Notes under the pieces: generated by a model | Database searches by the model: none | Told to the model about the DNA's origin: nothing | What the model saw: only the letters and a program-made list of their open reading frames with translations | Assembly: GCF_036365525.1 (NCBI RefSeq) | Contig: NC_090398.1 | Location: 23,800,936 to 23,864,935 of the forward strand | Reading direction: 5' to 3' | DNA: 64,000 nucleotides | Source: Heterodontus francisci | Lineage: Eukaryota | Position numbers and translations under genes: made by a program | Shown: positions 12,301 through 24,640 of the stretch, in pieces | Layout: each line of letters opens with the position of its first letter | Numbering within the stretch: position 1 is the stretch's first letter

Positions 12301-13039
12301 TTTTTTTGCGCTGCTCATTACAGTTAAATTAAATTATTATCTTTCAAGTATGGACTAATGATAAAATGATAGTTTATTTTTTAAATACTGATTTCTAAAA
12401 TTCATTCCAATTGATTATTTTGCGTGTTGCACCAGATAAATGATCCAGCCCCCAATCTAGGCCACGGATTCTGTTTATTAAACTGAGAACAGTGTTTGTT
12501 CCGATACATTCTAGATTGATTTCCGTGCTCGTTCAACACCCTCTCCTGGTTATCGTGTGGGGACCTGCTTTCCGCAGAGTCTAAAAGCACCATGTTTCAG
12601 CCCGTGAAACTAAGTGAAGATTCCAGAATTGTCATTTATTCAAATATGGTACCATTTCACATATGCAAAGAAGGTGACTTTTGGAATATTTTCCAATCTA
12701 ATTCAGCATTTTGTAATATAAGTAGACACTGTCAACTGTTAGATTTAGATGGTTTCAGACAATCAGATTTTAAAAGGTGGTGTGGTCTATTTCTATCAAT
12801 GTGACCATTTCATCTGTTTTCTTCTGTAGATGCAGCACTGCTTAATATTCTGCACAGTGGATACTGATGGGTGCATTCAGTAAATCTGCAGTATCAGGTC
12901 TGCTAGTTTAGAAAATCCGTTATTGAAATCGCAGCTTCGTGGTGAGACAAAAATTGGCTGAATGTTTAGGATTAATCTTTCTCTTCAGTAAACTCAGAAT
13001 ACAACTGTGCCAAGCATCCCCAATTTTAATCGCTCTAAC

Positions 13040-13288
13040 ATAGATTGCCATGCCTTCAGCTCCTTCGGCCCTAAACTCTGGGGTTTCCTCCTGACACCAC
13101 CCTGACTCTCTACCTTTCTTTTGTCCATTTAAGACATTCCTTAAAACCTACCTCTTTGACCAAGCTTGTGGCCAGCTGTCCTAATGCTGCCTTATGTGCT
13201 TTGCATTCTAATTTTGCTTTATAATGCCTTTGTGTAGTGCCTTGGGACATTTTATTAAAGGCATGTTATAAATATAAGTCGTTGTTGA
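13040..13288 (+). mobile_element. Old L2-like 3' end
   Basis: gccttcagc...ctctttgaccaagc...ccttgggacatttt...gttgttg tail; related fragments at ~37100-37350 (-) and ~60690-60800 (+). Confidence 0.55.
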
Positions 13289-15048
13289 GATACGAACATA
13301 CGAATTAGGAGCAGGAGTAGGCCTCTCGGCCCTTCGAGCCTGCTCCGCCATTCAATAAGTTCATGGCTGAACTGATTACTCCACATTTCCACCTACCCCC
13401 GATAACCTTCCACCCCCTTGCTTCTCAAGAATCTATCTACCTCTGCCTTAAAAATATGCAAAGCCTCTGCTTCTACCACCTTTTGAGCAAGAGAATTCCA
13501 AAGACTCACAACCCTCTGAGAGAAAACAATTCTCCCCATCTGTGCCTTAAATGGGTGACCCCTTATTTTCAAACAGTGACCCCTCGTTCTAGATTCTCCT
13601 ACAAAGTGAAACATCCTTTCCACATCCACCCTGTCAAGACCCCTCAGGATCTTCTATATTTCAATCAAGTCGCCTCTTCCTCTTCTAAATTCAATGTCCT
13701 ACCCTGTCCAATCTTCCCTCATAAGACAGCCTGCCCATTCCAGGTATTAGTCTCGTAAACCCTCTCTGTACTGCCTCCCATGCATTTAAGTCCTTCCTTA
13801 AATAAGGAGACCAGTACTGTACGCAGTACTCCAGATGTGCTCTCACCAGTGCCCTGTATAAGTGAAGCATAACCTCCCTATTTTGTCCCACCCTTGGAAT
13901 TTTTCTTTCTTGTTGAAGTGTATCTAATCTGTCTATTCTGAAATATCCCCTTAAATGCCTGCCACTGCATCTCTATTGACCTATCCCTTAACCTGATTTT
14001 CCAGATCACTTTAGCTAGCTCTGCTTTCATGCCCTCATAATTGCCCTTATTTAAGTTTAAAATACTAGTCTTGGACCCACTCTTCGCTCCCTCAATCTGA
14101 ATGTAAAATTCAATCATATTATGATCGCTGCTACCTAGGGGCGCCTTACTTTGAAGTCATTAATTAAGCCTGCTCGTTGCACAATACCAGGTCTAGTATA
14201 TCCTGCTGTCTGGTTGGCTCCAGAACGTATTGTTCCAAGAAATTATTCCAAAAACATTCTATGTACTCCTCATCTAGGCTACCTCTGCCCATCTGATTTT
14301 TCCAGTCTATATGTAGGTTAAAGTGCCCCATAATTATCACTGTACCTTTCTGACAAGCTGCCATTATTTCTTCCTTTATACCCCGTCCGACAGTGTGGTT
14401 AATATTAGGTGGCCTGTACACCGCTCCCACAAGTGTCTTCTTGGCTTTATGATTTCTCATCTCTACCCAAACTGTTTCTACATCCTGGACTCCTGAACTT
14501 AGATCATCCCTCTCTATTGTGCTCACACCATCATTAATTAACAGTGCTACCCCTCCACCTTTTTTTTAGCTTCCTGTCCTTCCTAAATGCCACATACCCT
14601 TCAATATTCAGGTCCCAATTTATTTTTTCTCGCAGCCATGTCTATGTAATGGCTATCAGATTGTACTTATTTATTTCTGTTTGCGCTATCAGTTCATCAG
14701 TTTTGTTTTGAATGATACATGCATTCAGATACAGAGCCTTTAGTTGTGTCCTTTTATTATTTTTGTAACCTCTAGCCTTATCTGTTGATTTACTCATTGA
14801 TCTGCATGCTCTGTCCTTTCCTGTCACAGTCTGTATATCATTTCCCATATTAATACCTTTCTCTCTTGCCGTGTCTCTATTCTTTGATTTACCATATCTT
14901 CCCAAATTTGATCCCTTGCCCCCACTATTCAGTTTAAAACCCTCTCTACTTCCCTAGTTATGCAGCTCGCTCGAACACTAGCCCCAGCAAGGCTCAGGTG
15001 TAGCCCGTCTGAACGGTATAGCCACCATTTTCCCCAGTATCGGTGCCA
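13289..15048 (-). mobile_element. CR1 LINE with large internal deletion (APE region joined to RT C-terminus near 13878)
   Basis: ORFs with ALYLNA...IAIT, VYRPP, LDLVLCNE, then directly RAHLEYCVQYWSP; tail (catacgaa)n. Confidence 0.9.
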
Positions 15049-15404
15049 GATAGATGTTGGCTGTGTTCTTTCTCTTTTCAGTTATTCTCAGTGAGTGGGT
15101 TCCTTTATTACCAGGGTAACAGTCTGTCAGATCTCAGTCCAAGAGGTGCTGTCTCCGACTTATATCGGAAAGCCTGTGAAACATTCAGTGCAAATTCCTA
15201 TTTATGTCTTTAGCAGTCCAGGGTAGGAACATGTATATGAGCAGTGTGTTATATAGATGCATGTAGTTCCTGAGACTTCCTGGTGCCGTGGTGTAGTAAC
15301 ACTTTACTAGCGTTGATCATGCCGATCGCAATACATTTTTGAGTGGAGATTATTATTTTGTATGTCATTCAGTCTGAGCTCTGTCCCTCAGTGAAAATTT
15401 TATT

Positions 15405-15998
15405 GACCTTGGAGGAGATACAGCGCTGATTCACCAAAATGATCCTGGGGCTAAACGGTTGTATAGAATAGGTTTTCCATTCACGTGAATATAGCCGATT
15501 GGGGGTGATCTAATTGAGGTGTTGAAGATGATTAAATGATTTGATATGGTAGAAACTGGTGGGGGAGTCCAGATCAAGGAGACAAAGCCATCAGGTTATA
15601 TCTGAGCTATTCAGTGTTGGTGGGGTGGGGGTCAGAAAGCATTTCTTCACAAAAGAGCATGTAGGGACCCGGAACTCCCTCCCCCAAAAAGCAATTAGAC
15701 TGGGGGGGAACAATTGAAAATGCCAAAACCGAGATTAGTAGATGTTTGAAAGAAAAACGGAAGCACTGGAAATGCTCGGCAGGTCTGGCAGCATCTGTGG
15801 ATAGACAAACAGAGTTAACTTTTCAGGTCCATGACTTTTCATCAGAACCTTTGGTTTTATTAATAGATGTTTGTTGGACATTAAGGGTTGTGAAGTCAAG
15901 GCAGGTTGATGGAGTTTAAGATCCAGACCAGCCGTACTCTCATTCAATGGTGGAACAGGCTGGAGGGGCTGAATGGCCTCCTCCTGTTCCAATGTTCC
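15405..15998 (+). mobile_element. Decayed CR1 3' fragment containing a Penelope terminus (~15750-15850, - strand)
   Basis: ttggaggagatacagcg...gaatggcctcctcctgttcc; internal gaaatgctcggcaggtctggcagcatctgtgg...catcagaac. Confidence 0.75.
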
Positions 15999-16114
15999 TA
16001 TGTAGTCCTTATAGCACGGGGAGCGCTATGGAGCACATCCGCACATGCCACCAACGCAGTGAAAACATTGCAGTTCATCTGAGCAGCCGCACTTCTGCTC
16101 TCTGCCATTAATCC

Positions 16115-16124
16115 GGGGATTTCC
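16115..16124 (+). promoter_or_regulatory. Consensus NF-kB site GGGGATTTCC
   Basis: Exact match to GGGRNNYYCC, within the duplicated promoter-like module upstream of an immune gene. Confidence 0.45.
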
Positions 16125-16315
16125 AGTGACTGGTCAGTTTTGCCTCTTGTGACGGGCAATGCAGACCGGTCTCGGTGGCACAATAAAGAGTCTGGTTGTC
16201 CGGGTTACAGGGGCTGGGCTCTGTTACTGAGTGAACTCGGCTCCAATCCGAACATGGCTCTGACAATGCGTCCAATATCAAAGATACAACAGGGAGGGAG
16301 TTCACCGTGTAACAG

Positions 16316-18250
16316 GGATGGTCCGGGAATAGAAACTCCAAGGAATGGACTGAACCAGGCCAGAATATGGGGGATGGCCTGGAAGAGAGACCCCAGGGAA
16401 TGGATTGAACTGGGTCAGAATACAAGGGATGGTCCGGGGTAGAAACCCCACGGAATGGTCTGAACCATGTCAGTATACAGGGATGGTATCTGTTAGGACC
16501 AGATGAGGCAGGGAATAGAGCTCCCCTCTCAGCCTTTTCCTGGTTTGGCCGTAACAGGATTTAATTTTAAAACACCGTGTTTTTAGCGTCCCCTCAGTGA
16601 GTCCTTGCCCATTGCTCACGAATTGTAAATGCAAAAAAACCAACCAGACAGGTTTTCTAAAATCTAAACAAGAAAGGTATAAGTTTATTAACCCTAATAC
16701 TCTAACTCAGTTAAAACTACTGAGAATACACGACGCGACCATACCAGCATGCATACACGATAAACGTATTCACGATAAACACACACACAAATAGAGATTG
16801 AGGGAGAGAAAGAAATAAGGGGGAAAGGTTTGAAATAATAGATGCAATTCAGTTACTGGTTCTGGGTTGGATGTAAAGTCTTTGATTGAAGTTAAGTCTT
16901 GCAGTTCTTGTTGAGGCCCAGTGCACACTTTCAAACTTGTTTAGCTGGTACCAGAAGGCTGTCTTGAGGCTTGAGTTACTCTGTGGGTCCCTGGGACTTT
17001 GCCTGAGAGAGCGAAAGACAGAAGTTCCGTTGCAGTCTCCTTCCAAAATTGTTCTGTGAGCACAATTCAATTAACTCCAGGTTGGCCAGCAGGTTATTCA
17101 TGTGACTAGCTTTTTGCTTGAGACAGCCTCGCCTGCGGGTTTTGCGGATTCCTCACAGCTCACCAGACATTCTCAGTGGGTGGTGGGTGGGGCATGCTGA
17201 TTCTTACACATTCGTGATGTTTCTTGGTCATCACTACTGACAAAGCCCATCTGGCTATTTGAATCCGGGGGTACTCACATTGTCTCTCCATGCCACTGTC
17301 TTTTAGAATGCAAATGTGCAGCCATGTTTTCAGTCATTGTTCTGTGGTCTTTTTAAAACAAGTTATGTTCAATGTGCAGTAAGCTTTCAATTAATAATGT
17401 TCCATATGACGAAATTAATATGTCTCATTTTGGCAAGTGTGGTTTCTGTCACATCACCGATAGAATCATGAGGGAATGGACTGAACCGGGTCAGAGCACA
17501 GGGGATAGAAACACCAGGGAATGGACTGAACCAGGTCAGAAAACAGGGGATGACCCGGGATAGAAACCCCAGGGAATGGTCTGGGCCAGCTGAAAATGCA
17601 TGGGATTGTCCGAACCAGGTCAGAATACAGGGGATGCCGAGGATAGAAACCCCAGGGAATGGACTGAACCAGGTCAGAATACAGGGGATAGAAAACCCAG
17701 GGAATGGACTGAACTGGGTCAGAATACAGGGGATAGAAACACCAGGAAATGGACTGAACCAGGTCAGAATACAGGGGATAGAAACACCAGGGAATGACTG
17801 AACCAGGTCAGAATACAGGGGATAGAAACACCAGGGAATGGACTGAACTGGGTCAGAATACAGGGGATAGAAACACCAGGGAATGGACTGAACTGGGTCA
17901 GAATACAGGGGATAGGAACACCAGGGAATGGACTGAACTGGGTCAGAATACAGGGGATAGAAACACTAGGGAATGGACTGAACTGGGTCAGAATACAGAG
18001 GATGGCCCAGGATAGAAGCCCCAGGGAATAGTCTGGGCCAGGTCAAAATACAGGCAGTTGTCCGAACCAGGTCAGAATATAGGGGTGGTCCAGTATAGAA
18101 ACCCCAGGGAACAGAATGAACCAGGTCAGAATGCAGAGCATGCTTGGGATAGAACTCCCATGGAGTGGACTGAACTGGGTCAGAATACAGGGGATGGTCT
18201 GGGATGGAAACCCCAGGGAATGGACTGAACCAGGTCAGGATACAAGGGGT
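16316..18250. repeat. Minisatellite, 45-bp core unit (gatagaaacaccagggaatggactgaactgggtcagaatacaggg) with ~55-bp variants; interrupted by an LTR-like element
   Basis: Homogeneous core ~17640-18000, degenerate flanks; explains repetitive ORFs 17550-18015. Confidence 0.92.
16491..17453 (-). mobile_element. Solo LTR-like element
   Basis: TGT...ACA termini; minus-strand end ggtcctaaca resembles ends of the 28142 and 56086 elements; interrupts the 45-bp array. No clean TSD. Confidence 0.6.
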
Positions 18251-21200
18251 GGTCTGGTGATGAAAGGTTGGTCAGTGTCATACACTGCAGCATTAGCAAA
18301 GCAGGAACTCGGCATTGTGTAATAAGCAGTGAGTGATTGGGGGAGGGAATAGCTGGCAGTTAATGCAGCAAACGTTGGGCAACACTGATGGTAATTTAGA
18401 GAAGTGGAGTTTGTTGGGAACCGAGTGATACTTTCAGCATTGTACCAGGACAGGAAGGGCTTTCCGCTGAGTAAATAAAAGGCTGACAGTGCTGTGGTAG
18501 GCACCTAAGTTTCTACTTCACACCGTGAATATTTGTCACATCTACTGTTCTGCCATTATTAGATCTCCTGGTGAATGACGGAGTGATGAGAAAGGTCCAC
18601 AGCTGGAAGTAAACAGGGATTGTAGACTGAAGAATAACAGCAGGTGAAACAGCACAGGATTGTGAGAGCACCAACCAGAGAGAACCCTTCCCATTCAAAG
18701 AGCTGTCATAGATCGACTGGGGAGAAAGGTAAGAGAAAGTCCCATTTACTCTGATAAATACTGGTCCTGTAGACAGTCCACAAAGCTCACAAGTTAAGGC
18801 AGGACATAGTGAGGATGAGACTAGCAGAGTCTGAACACTGAGCACAATTACCTAACATGAAGGCCATGCGATGGAATGTAAAGTGAGATAAGATAAAGTG
18901 AGATAAAGTGAATCCTGTGTGCATTGTAGTGTAAAGGGATTTGGTCTGAGAAGCGAGTCCAGTCTGGGACAGAGCCCAGTAGATGGACATCTACCTGTTC
19001 ATTAGGCTGGGCTGAACTCTCTCCAACTCCAATTCAGATCTGAATATTGAAATGGCTTTGATCGAGTGATAAATCATATGGGAGACTGAACTGAGAAACT
19101 AATTACAGTCAGTGAACACAACGCAGCGATTGATTACTTTGACTAGTCAACAGCTCCACTATTGTATTATGCGGCTACCAGGATGGTGTAAAGTGACTCG
19201 ATGGACCTTACCCTTTCTCTATCTGCCAATTCCTCTGTTCCTCTGCCGTCTCTTCTCTCAGTAAATTGTCCCAGGCCACTCAACCTATCTGCAGAGCTGT
19301 AGTTACTTTCCCCTTTCTGCCAAAATGCCTTCTTGCAGAAATCAAAATAGGCACTATTCTAGCTGTGGCCATGGCACTGCATTTTAGTTAAAATTTTGTT
19401 CCCCTGCTGTAGCCGAGGCTGGCAAGTCCACTTTTGCAGCCTATCTCTGGTTACTCTGTGATTATGGGTCTACTCCTTGAACCACTGCACCCCCTGTAGT
19501 GATGGTGCTCTCACACAATAGTGTGAGAGATATTACTGGGATATTAGCCAGTGATAGTGAAGCCATACAGGTCCAAATAAGGGTAGTGTGTGACTTGGAG
19601 ACAATGGTGTTCCAATGGCGTTCCTTCTCGCTGTTAAAGTCACGGAAGAGGGAAATGCTGTCAAAGGAAATGGTGTGTGTGTATACAGAGCTGGGAATAT
19701 CTGCGAAACGGAGTGGTTTGTAACAGAGTGGCAAAGGGAATTTGATGAGAGTGGGAATTCGGTGCAGCAGGATAAGGTGGTGCTCAGAGCTTTAAACCAA
19801 AGGGCAACAGTCAGTATAATTATATCGATTTTTTTAAAGGGATCTTTTTTGAGTGCAATGATGGTACAACTGAAATCTCTTGTCTACCATTTGTGTGCCA
19901 TGTAGGAACTCCAGGAAGTTTCATGTGCCCTGGATAAACCACATGTACAGGAGGTGCTTCCATTTGCTCGAACTCACGCTCAGGGTTTCTGAGCTTGAGG
20001 AGTGGCTGGAGTCCCTCCCAGGGCCGACAGGAGGCTGACAATTTCCTGGTGGGCACCTTCCAGATGATAGTCACCCCGCAACTATCGACAGTTCCAGAGA
20101 ATAGTATGTGGCCATCCCGCAGATTGGAAAGAGGCAGTCAGTACCAGAATCCTGGAGTGTAGCACTTCCAAACCGGCTTTCAGCAATGAATACCAGTGAG
20201 GGTGCCGATGAGCTGCAAGACTGCAGTCTGGAGCACATCCACGACATTTTGAGGCAAAGGAATGCAGAGGGAGCACAGCAAAGTGTAGAAATGCAATGGT
20301 TATAGGGGATGCAATACTCAGGGGAATGGACGTGTGTTTCTGCAGCTTCCAACGTGAGTCTCGCATGGCGTGTTGCCTCTCTGGTGGCAAGATAAAGGAC
20401 ATCACTGGGAGGGTGTAGAGCATTTTGAGGGGGAAGGAGGATAAGCCAGTAGTCGTGCCCCATGTGGGAACTAATGACTTGGGAAGGAAGAGGGTTGAGG
20501 TCCTGCAGTCAATTTCAGGAGCTAGGAGGAAAGTTAAGTAGCAAGACCTCCATGGTAGTAATCTCTGGATTACTCCCAATGCCACGTGTTAGTGAGTGTT
20601 TCCTAACCTCGCTCCTGAAAGGTCTGGCTCACATTTTTAGGCTGTGTCCACTTGTCCTAGATTCCCCAACCAGTGGAAATTGTGCGTGTCTCTCTCTCTA
20701 TCTCTCTCTCTCCCCCCCCTATCAGTTCCCTTAATATCATGAAAACCTTGATGCAATCAATGCTTAATCTTCTAAATTCCAGAGAATACAATCCTAGTTT
20801 GGATAATCTCTCCTCAAAATTTAACTCTTGAAGTGCAGCCATTCTGGTAAATCCACGCTATGATCTATGATGTGTGGAATTGAACAGTTACTGCAGGCTG
20901 GAGAAATGGTGCAGGAGAGAGTTTCAGATTCCAGGGGCATTGGCACCAGCTCTGGGCAGGATAGACCTGCACATAATGGACACTTTGCACCTGAATAGAG
21001 CTGGGGCCAATGTCCTCGCAGGCAGTTTAACTAGTACAGTGGGAGAGGGTTTAGACTATTTGGGCAGCGGAGTGCGCACCAGGATGAAATGTTCCTGAGA
21101 GGAGAGAAGGTGCACAGAGGACTCAGAGAGGCAAATAGCACCAGCGTAAAGAACAGTGAAGAAATAGGAGGGATCGCACAGGAGCTGAACGTGAAGCAAT

Positions 21201-22752
21201 CTAAGAAATGTTTGGAGCGCAGGTACATAAATGCACGTAGCATGGTAAATAAGGTCGGTGAGCTGCAGGCACAAGTCTCCATATGCGACTATGGCAAAAA
21301 GGGGAGAATTGGGAAATTGGTATTCCTGGCTACACGGTGTTCAGGAAAGATAAGGAAAGAAACAGAAGGGAGGTGACAGTGTGAATCAAACATGTTATGA
21401 TCGCACTGGAGAGGGATGATGTTGTTGAAGGAAAAATGACAAAAGCTTATTTGGTTATAATTAAGCAACAATAGAGGAATTATTGCATTACTGGTTGTAT
21501 ACTATAAGCCACCAAATAGTAATAAGGAATCAGAGGAGAAAAACTTGCAAGAAAGTTATAGAAAGAAGTAAGAACTACACAGTGGTGATAATGGGACCTT
21601 CAGTCATCTTAAAATAGATGCAACAGCAACAATGTGACAGTTGAAGAGTGGGAGGAGTTCCTAAAATGTGTACAAAAGAACTTTCTTTATCAGTGTTTCC
21701 GGTCCGATGAGGAAATATAATTCTGGGAAATGAAGCAGGGCAAGGGAGCATGTTTTAGTAGGAGAGCACTTGGGCAACAGTAATTATATCATCAGGCTCA
21801 GAATTATAATGGAAAGTACAAGCTGCAATCAAGCATAAAAATGCTCAACTACAGGAGGGCCAACCTCATTGAATTGCCCGAAAGTTTAATAGGACCACGT
21901 GGATTGGAATCCTAAGTTGTTCGGCAAAACAGTAAGTGGAGCATGGTATGCTTTCAAAGAGGGGATGGTGGAGGCACCGAGTGGGCACATTCCTTTGCTT
22001 GTGGGGCGGGTGTCACTTTTTTGTCCCAAAGAGTCACTTTTAGAGTCATGTACGGCACAGAAGGAGACCATTCGGCCCATCGAGCCCATGCCGGCTCTCC
22101 ACAGAGCTGGTCAGTCATTCCCACTTGCCTGCTCCATCCCCCTAGCCCTGCAAGTGGCCGTTCAATTTCCTTTTCAAGTCCTCGATTGTCTCCACTTCAA
22201 CTGCTCTTGTGGGCAGCGAGTTCCAGGCCATTACCACTTGTTCGATTAAAATGTTCTCCCTCATATTCCCCTGCAGAGGGGAGCCCAGATCTTCCTGGAT
22301 GACTAAATATGACTTAAAATGAGACAGAAAAAGGAGGCTTCTTATTATTGTAGAAAAATTATGGAGAATCAAGCTGAATACAGAAGAGACAGTGAAGAAC
22401 TCAAAAATGCTAATTAGAGGTACAAAGAGAGAGCATGAGAAAACATTAGCAGCGAACATAAAAAGGAATCCAGAATTATTTTATAAATACATAATAAAAG
22501 GGTTGTCAAAGGAAGGGTGAGGCTGATTAGGGACCAAAAAGGAGAACTTCTTGTCTGGGCCAAGGGCACGGCTGAGGTACTAACAGATACTTTGCATCTG
22601 TCTGCACTAGAGGATGCTGCCAATCTATTTGGAAAGGAAGATGCAGCAATAATATTGGATTAGATATAAAGAAGTTGGCTGTCCTCAGAGTAGAAAGGTT
22701 ACCCGGTCTGGATAGGATGCATCCGAGGGAAGAAAGGGTGGAAATTACAGAG

Positions 22753-23457
22753 ATAAAAGCAAAATACTGCGGATGCTGGAAATCTGAAATAAAAACAAGA
22801 AATGCTGGAACCACTCAGCAGGTCTGGCAGCAACTGTGGAAAGAGAAGCAGAGTTAACATTTCGGGTCAGTGACCCTTCTTCGGAACTGGCAAATATTAG
22901 AAATGTCAAAGGTGAAAAGCAAGTGAGGCGGGAGTGGGGCAAGAGATAACAAAGGAGAAGGTGTAGATTGGACAAGGCCACATAGGTGACCAAAAGGTCA
23001 TGGAGCAAAGGCAAACAATATGTTAATGGTGTGTTGAAAGACAAAGCATTAGTATAGATAGGGTGTTAACGGACTGAAGATTGAACAGCAGCAAGTACAA
23101 ACATGGAAAAAAAACAGTGGGTAAGCAAACTGAACAAACTAAGATGAAATGAAATAAACATTGAAAAAAAATTGTAAAAAATGTATAAAAGAAAAAAAGA
23201 AAAAATAACTAAAAATAAAAGTAAAATGGGGGGCCCGTCATGCTCTGAAATTATTGAACTCAATGTTCAGTCCAGCAGGCTGAAGTGTGCCTAATCGGTA
23301 GATGAGATGCTGTTCCTCGAGCTTGCGTTGATGTTCACTGGAACACTGCAGCAAGCCTAGGACAGAAATGTGAGCATGAGAGCAGGGGGGAGTGTTGAAA
23401 TAGCAAACAACCGGAAACTCAGGGTCCTGCTTGCGGACTGAGCAATTTATTATTGGT
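22753..23457 (-). mobile_element. Penelope-like element 3' end (GIY-YIG endonuclease C-terminus plus terminal repeat)
   Basis: Minus strand reads ...HISVLGLLQCSSEHQRKLEEQHLIYRLGTLQPAGLNIEF; 10-bp TSD aattacagag at 22743-22752 and 23458-23467. Confidence 0.85.
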
Positions 23458-23669
23458 AATTACAGAGGCTGTAGCCACAATCTTCTAGTTGTCCTTGGAT
23501 GTAGGAGTGGTATTAGAGGACTGGAGAATTGCAAATGTTACACCGCTGTTTTAAAAAGGGAAGAGGGTTAAACATATTGGTCTAATACCACTGCTATGGA
23601 AACATTTAGAGACAGTAATCTGTGAAAAAATTAATTGGCATTTGGAAAAGCATTGAATAATAAATGAAT

Positions 23670-23793
23670 AAAAGCAAAATACTGCGGATGCTGGAAATCT
23701 GAAATAAAAACAAGAAATGCTGGAACCACTCAGCAGGTCTGGCAGCATTTGTGGAAAGAGAAGCAGAGTTAATATTTCGATCCGTGACCCTTC
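23670..23793 (-). mobile_element. Penelope-like terminal fragment
   Basis: Near-identical to 22755-22879; 12-bp TSD taataaatgaat at 23658-23669 and 23794-23805. Confidence 0.88.
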
Positions 23794-24640
23794 TAATAAA
23801 TGAATGTCGGTACAGATCTGTTGAAGACAAATCCTATTTGACTACCTTGTTTGAATTTTTTGTTGAAGGAGTGGGGGGGATTGATGAGGAAAGTGCGGTC
23901 GATATGATGCTCATAGACTATTTAAAAGCGCCTGACAAAGTGCCACAGAATCGGTTTGCTAGCTAAATGAAAGCCCATGGGAAAAAAGGGACAACTGGAT
24001 ATAAAGCGGGCTAAGGGACAGTAAACAGAGAGTTGTGGTAAATGGTTATTTTTCAGACTGGAGTAAAGTATACAGTGGTATTCCCCAGGGTTGGTATTAG
24101 GACTACTACACTTTTGGATGTATATTAATGACCTGGACTTGAGTGCACAGGGCATAATTTCAACGTTTGAAACTCAGAAATAGTAGTAAAAGTGAGGAGG
24201 ACAATGCTAGGCTTCTGGTGGATATAGACATGGCAGATGAAATTTAATGCAGAAAAGCGTGGAGTGATAAATTTTGGCGGGAAGACTAACGAGAGGTGAT
24301 ATACACATGGTACAATTTAAACAGGAGTGTGGAAACGGAGAAATCTGGGGTGTCCGTACACAAATCTTTGGTTGCCAGTCAAGTTGAGAATGCTGATGAA
24401 AAAATGTATATGTGATCCTTCATTTCATTAATAGATGACTCGAAGCCGTTTATGCTAAACCTCAATAAAACACTGGCTAGGACTCTGCTGGAATACTGTG
24501 TTCAATTCTGGGCACAAGATAGGAAGGATGTCAGGACCTTGGAGTGGGTGTGCAAGAGGCCTACTGGAGTACCAGGGCTGAGGGACTTCATACTCTGCTG
24601 TAACCTAGAATATAATGTTTTGCAGATAACCATAACTGAT

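Larger units (their letters stand above)
19880..24590 (+). mobile_element. Old, near full-length decayed CR1 (ORF1 esterase region plus ORF2) with several nested insertions
   Basis: ORF1 GDxxxRG-like (~20306) and LHLN (~20985); ORF2 YINARS, YKPP, FASV, PDKV and LEYCVQFW remnants; many stops and frameshifts. Nested minus-strand CR1 tails at ~20598-20850 and ~22040-22270. Confidence 0.85.

Noticed and set aside
17550-18015. Repetitive ORFs (DRNTREWTELGQNTG)n
   Set aside because: Translation of the 45-bp array; frame broken by a 1-nt indel near 17795.
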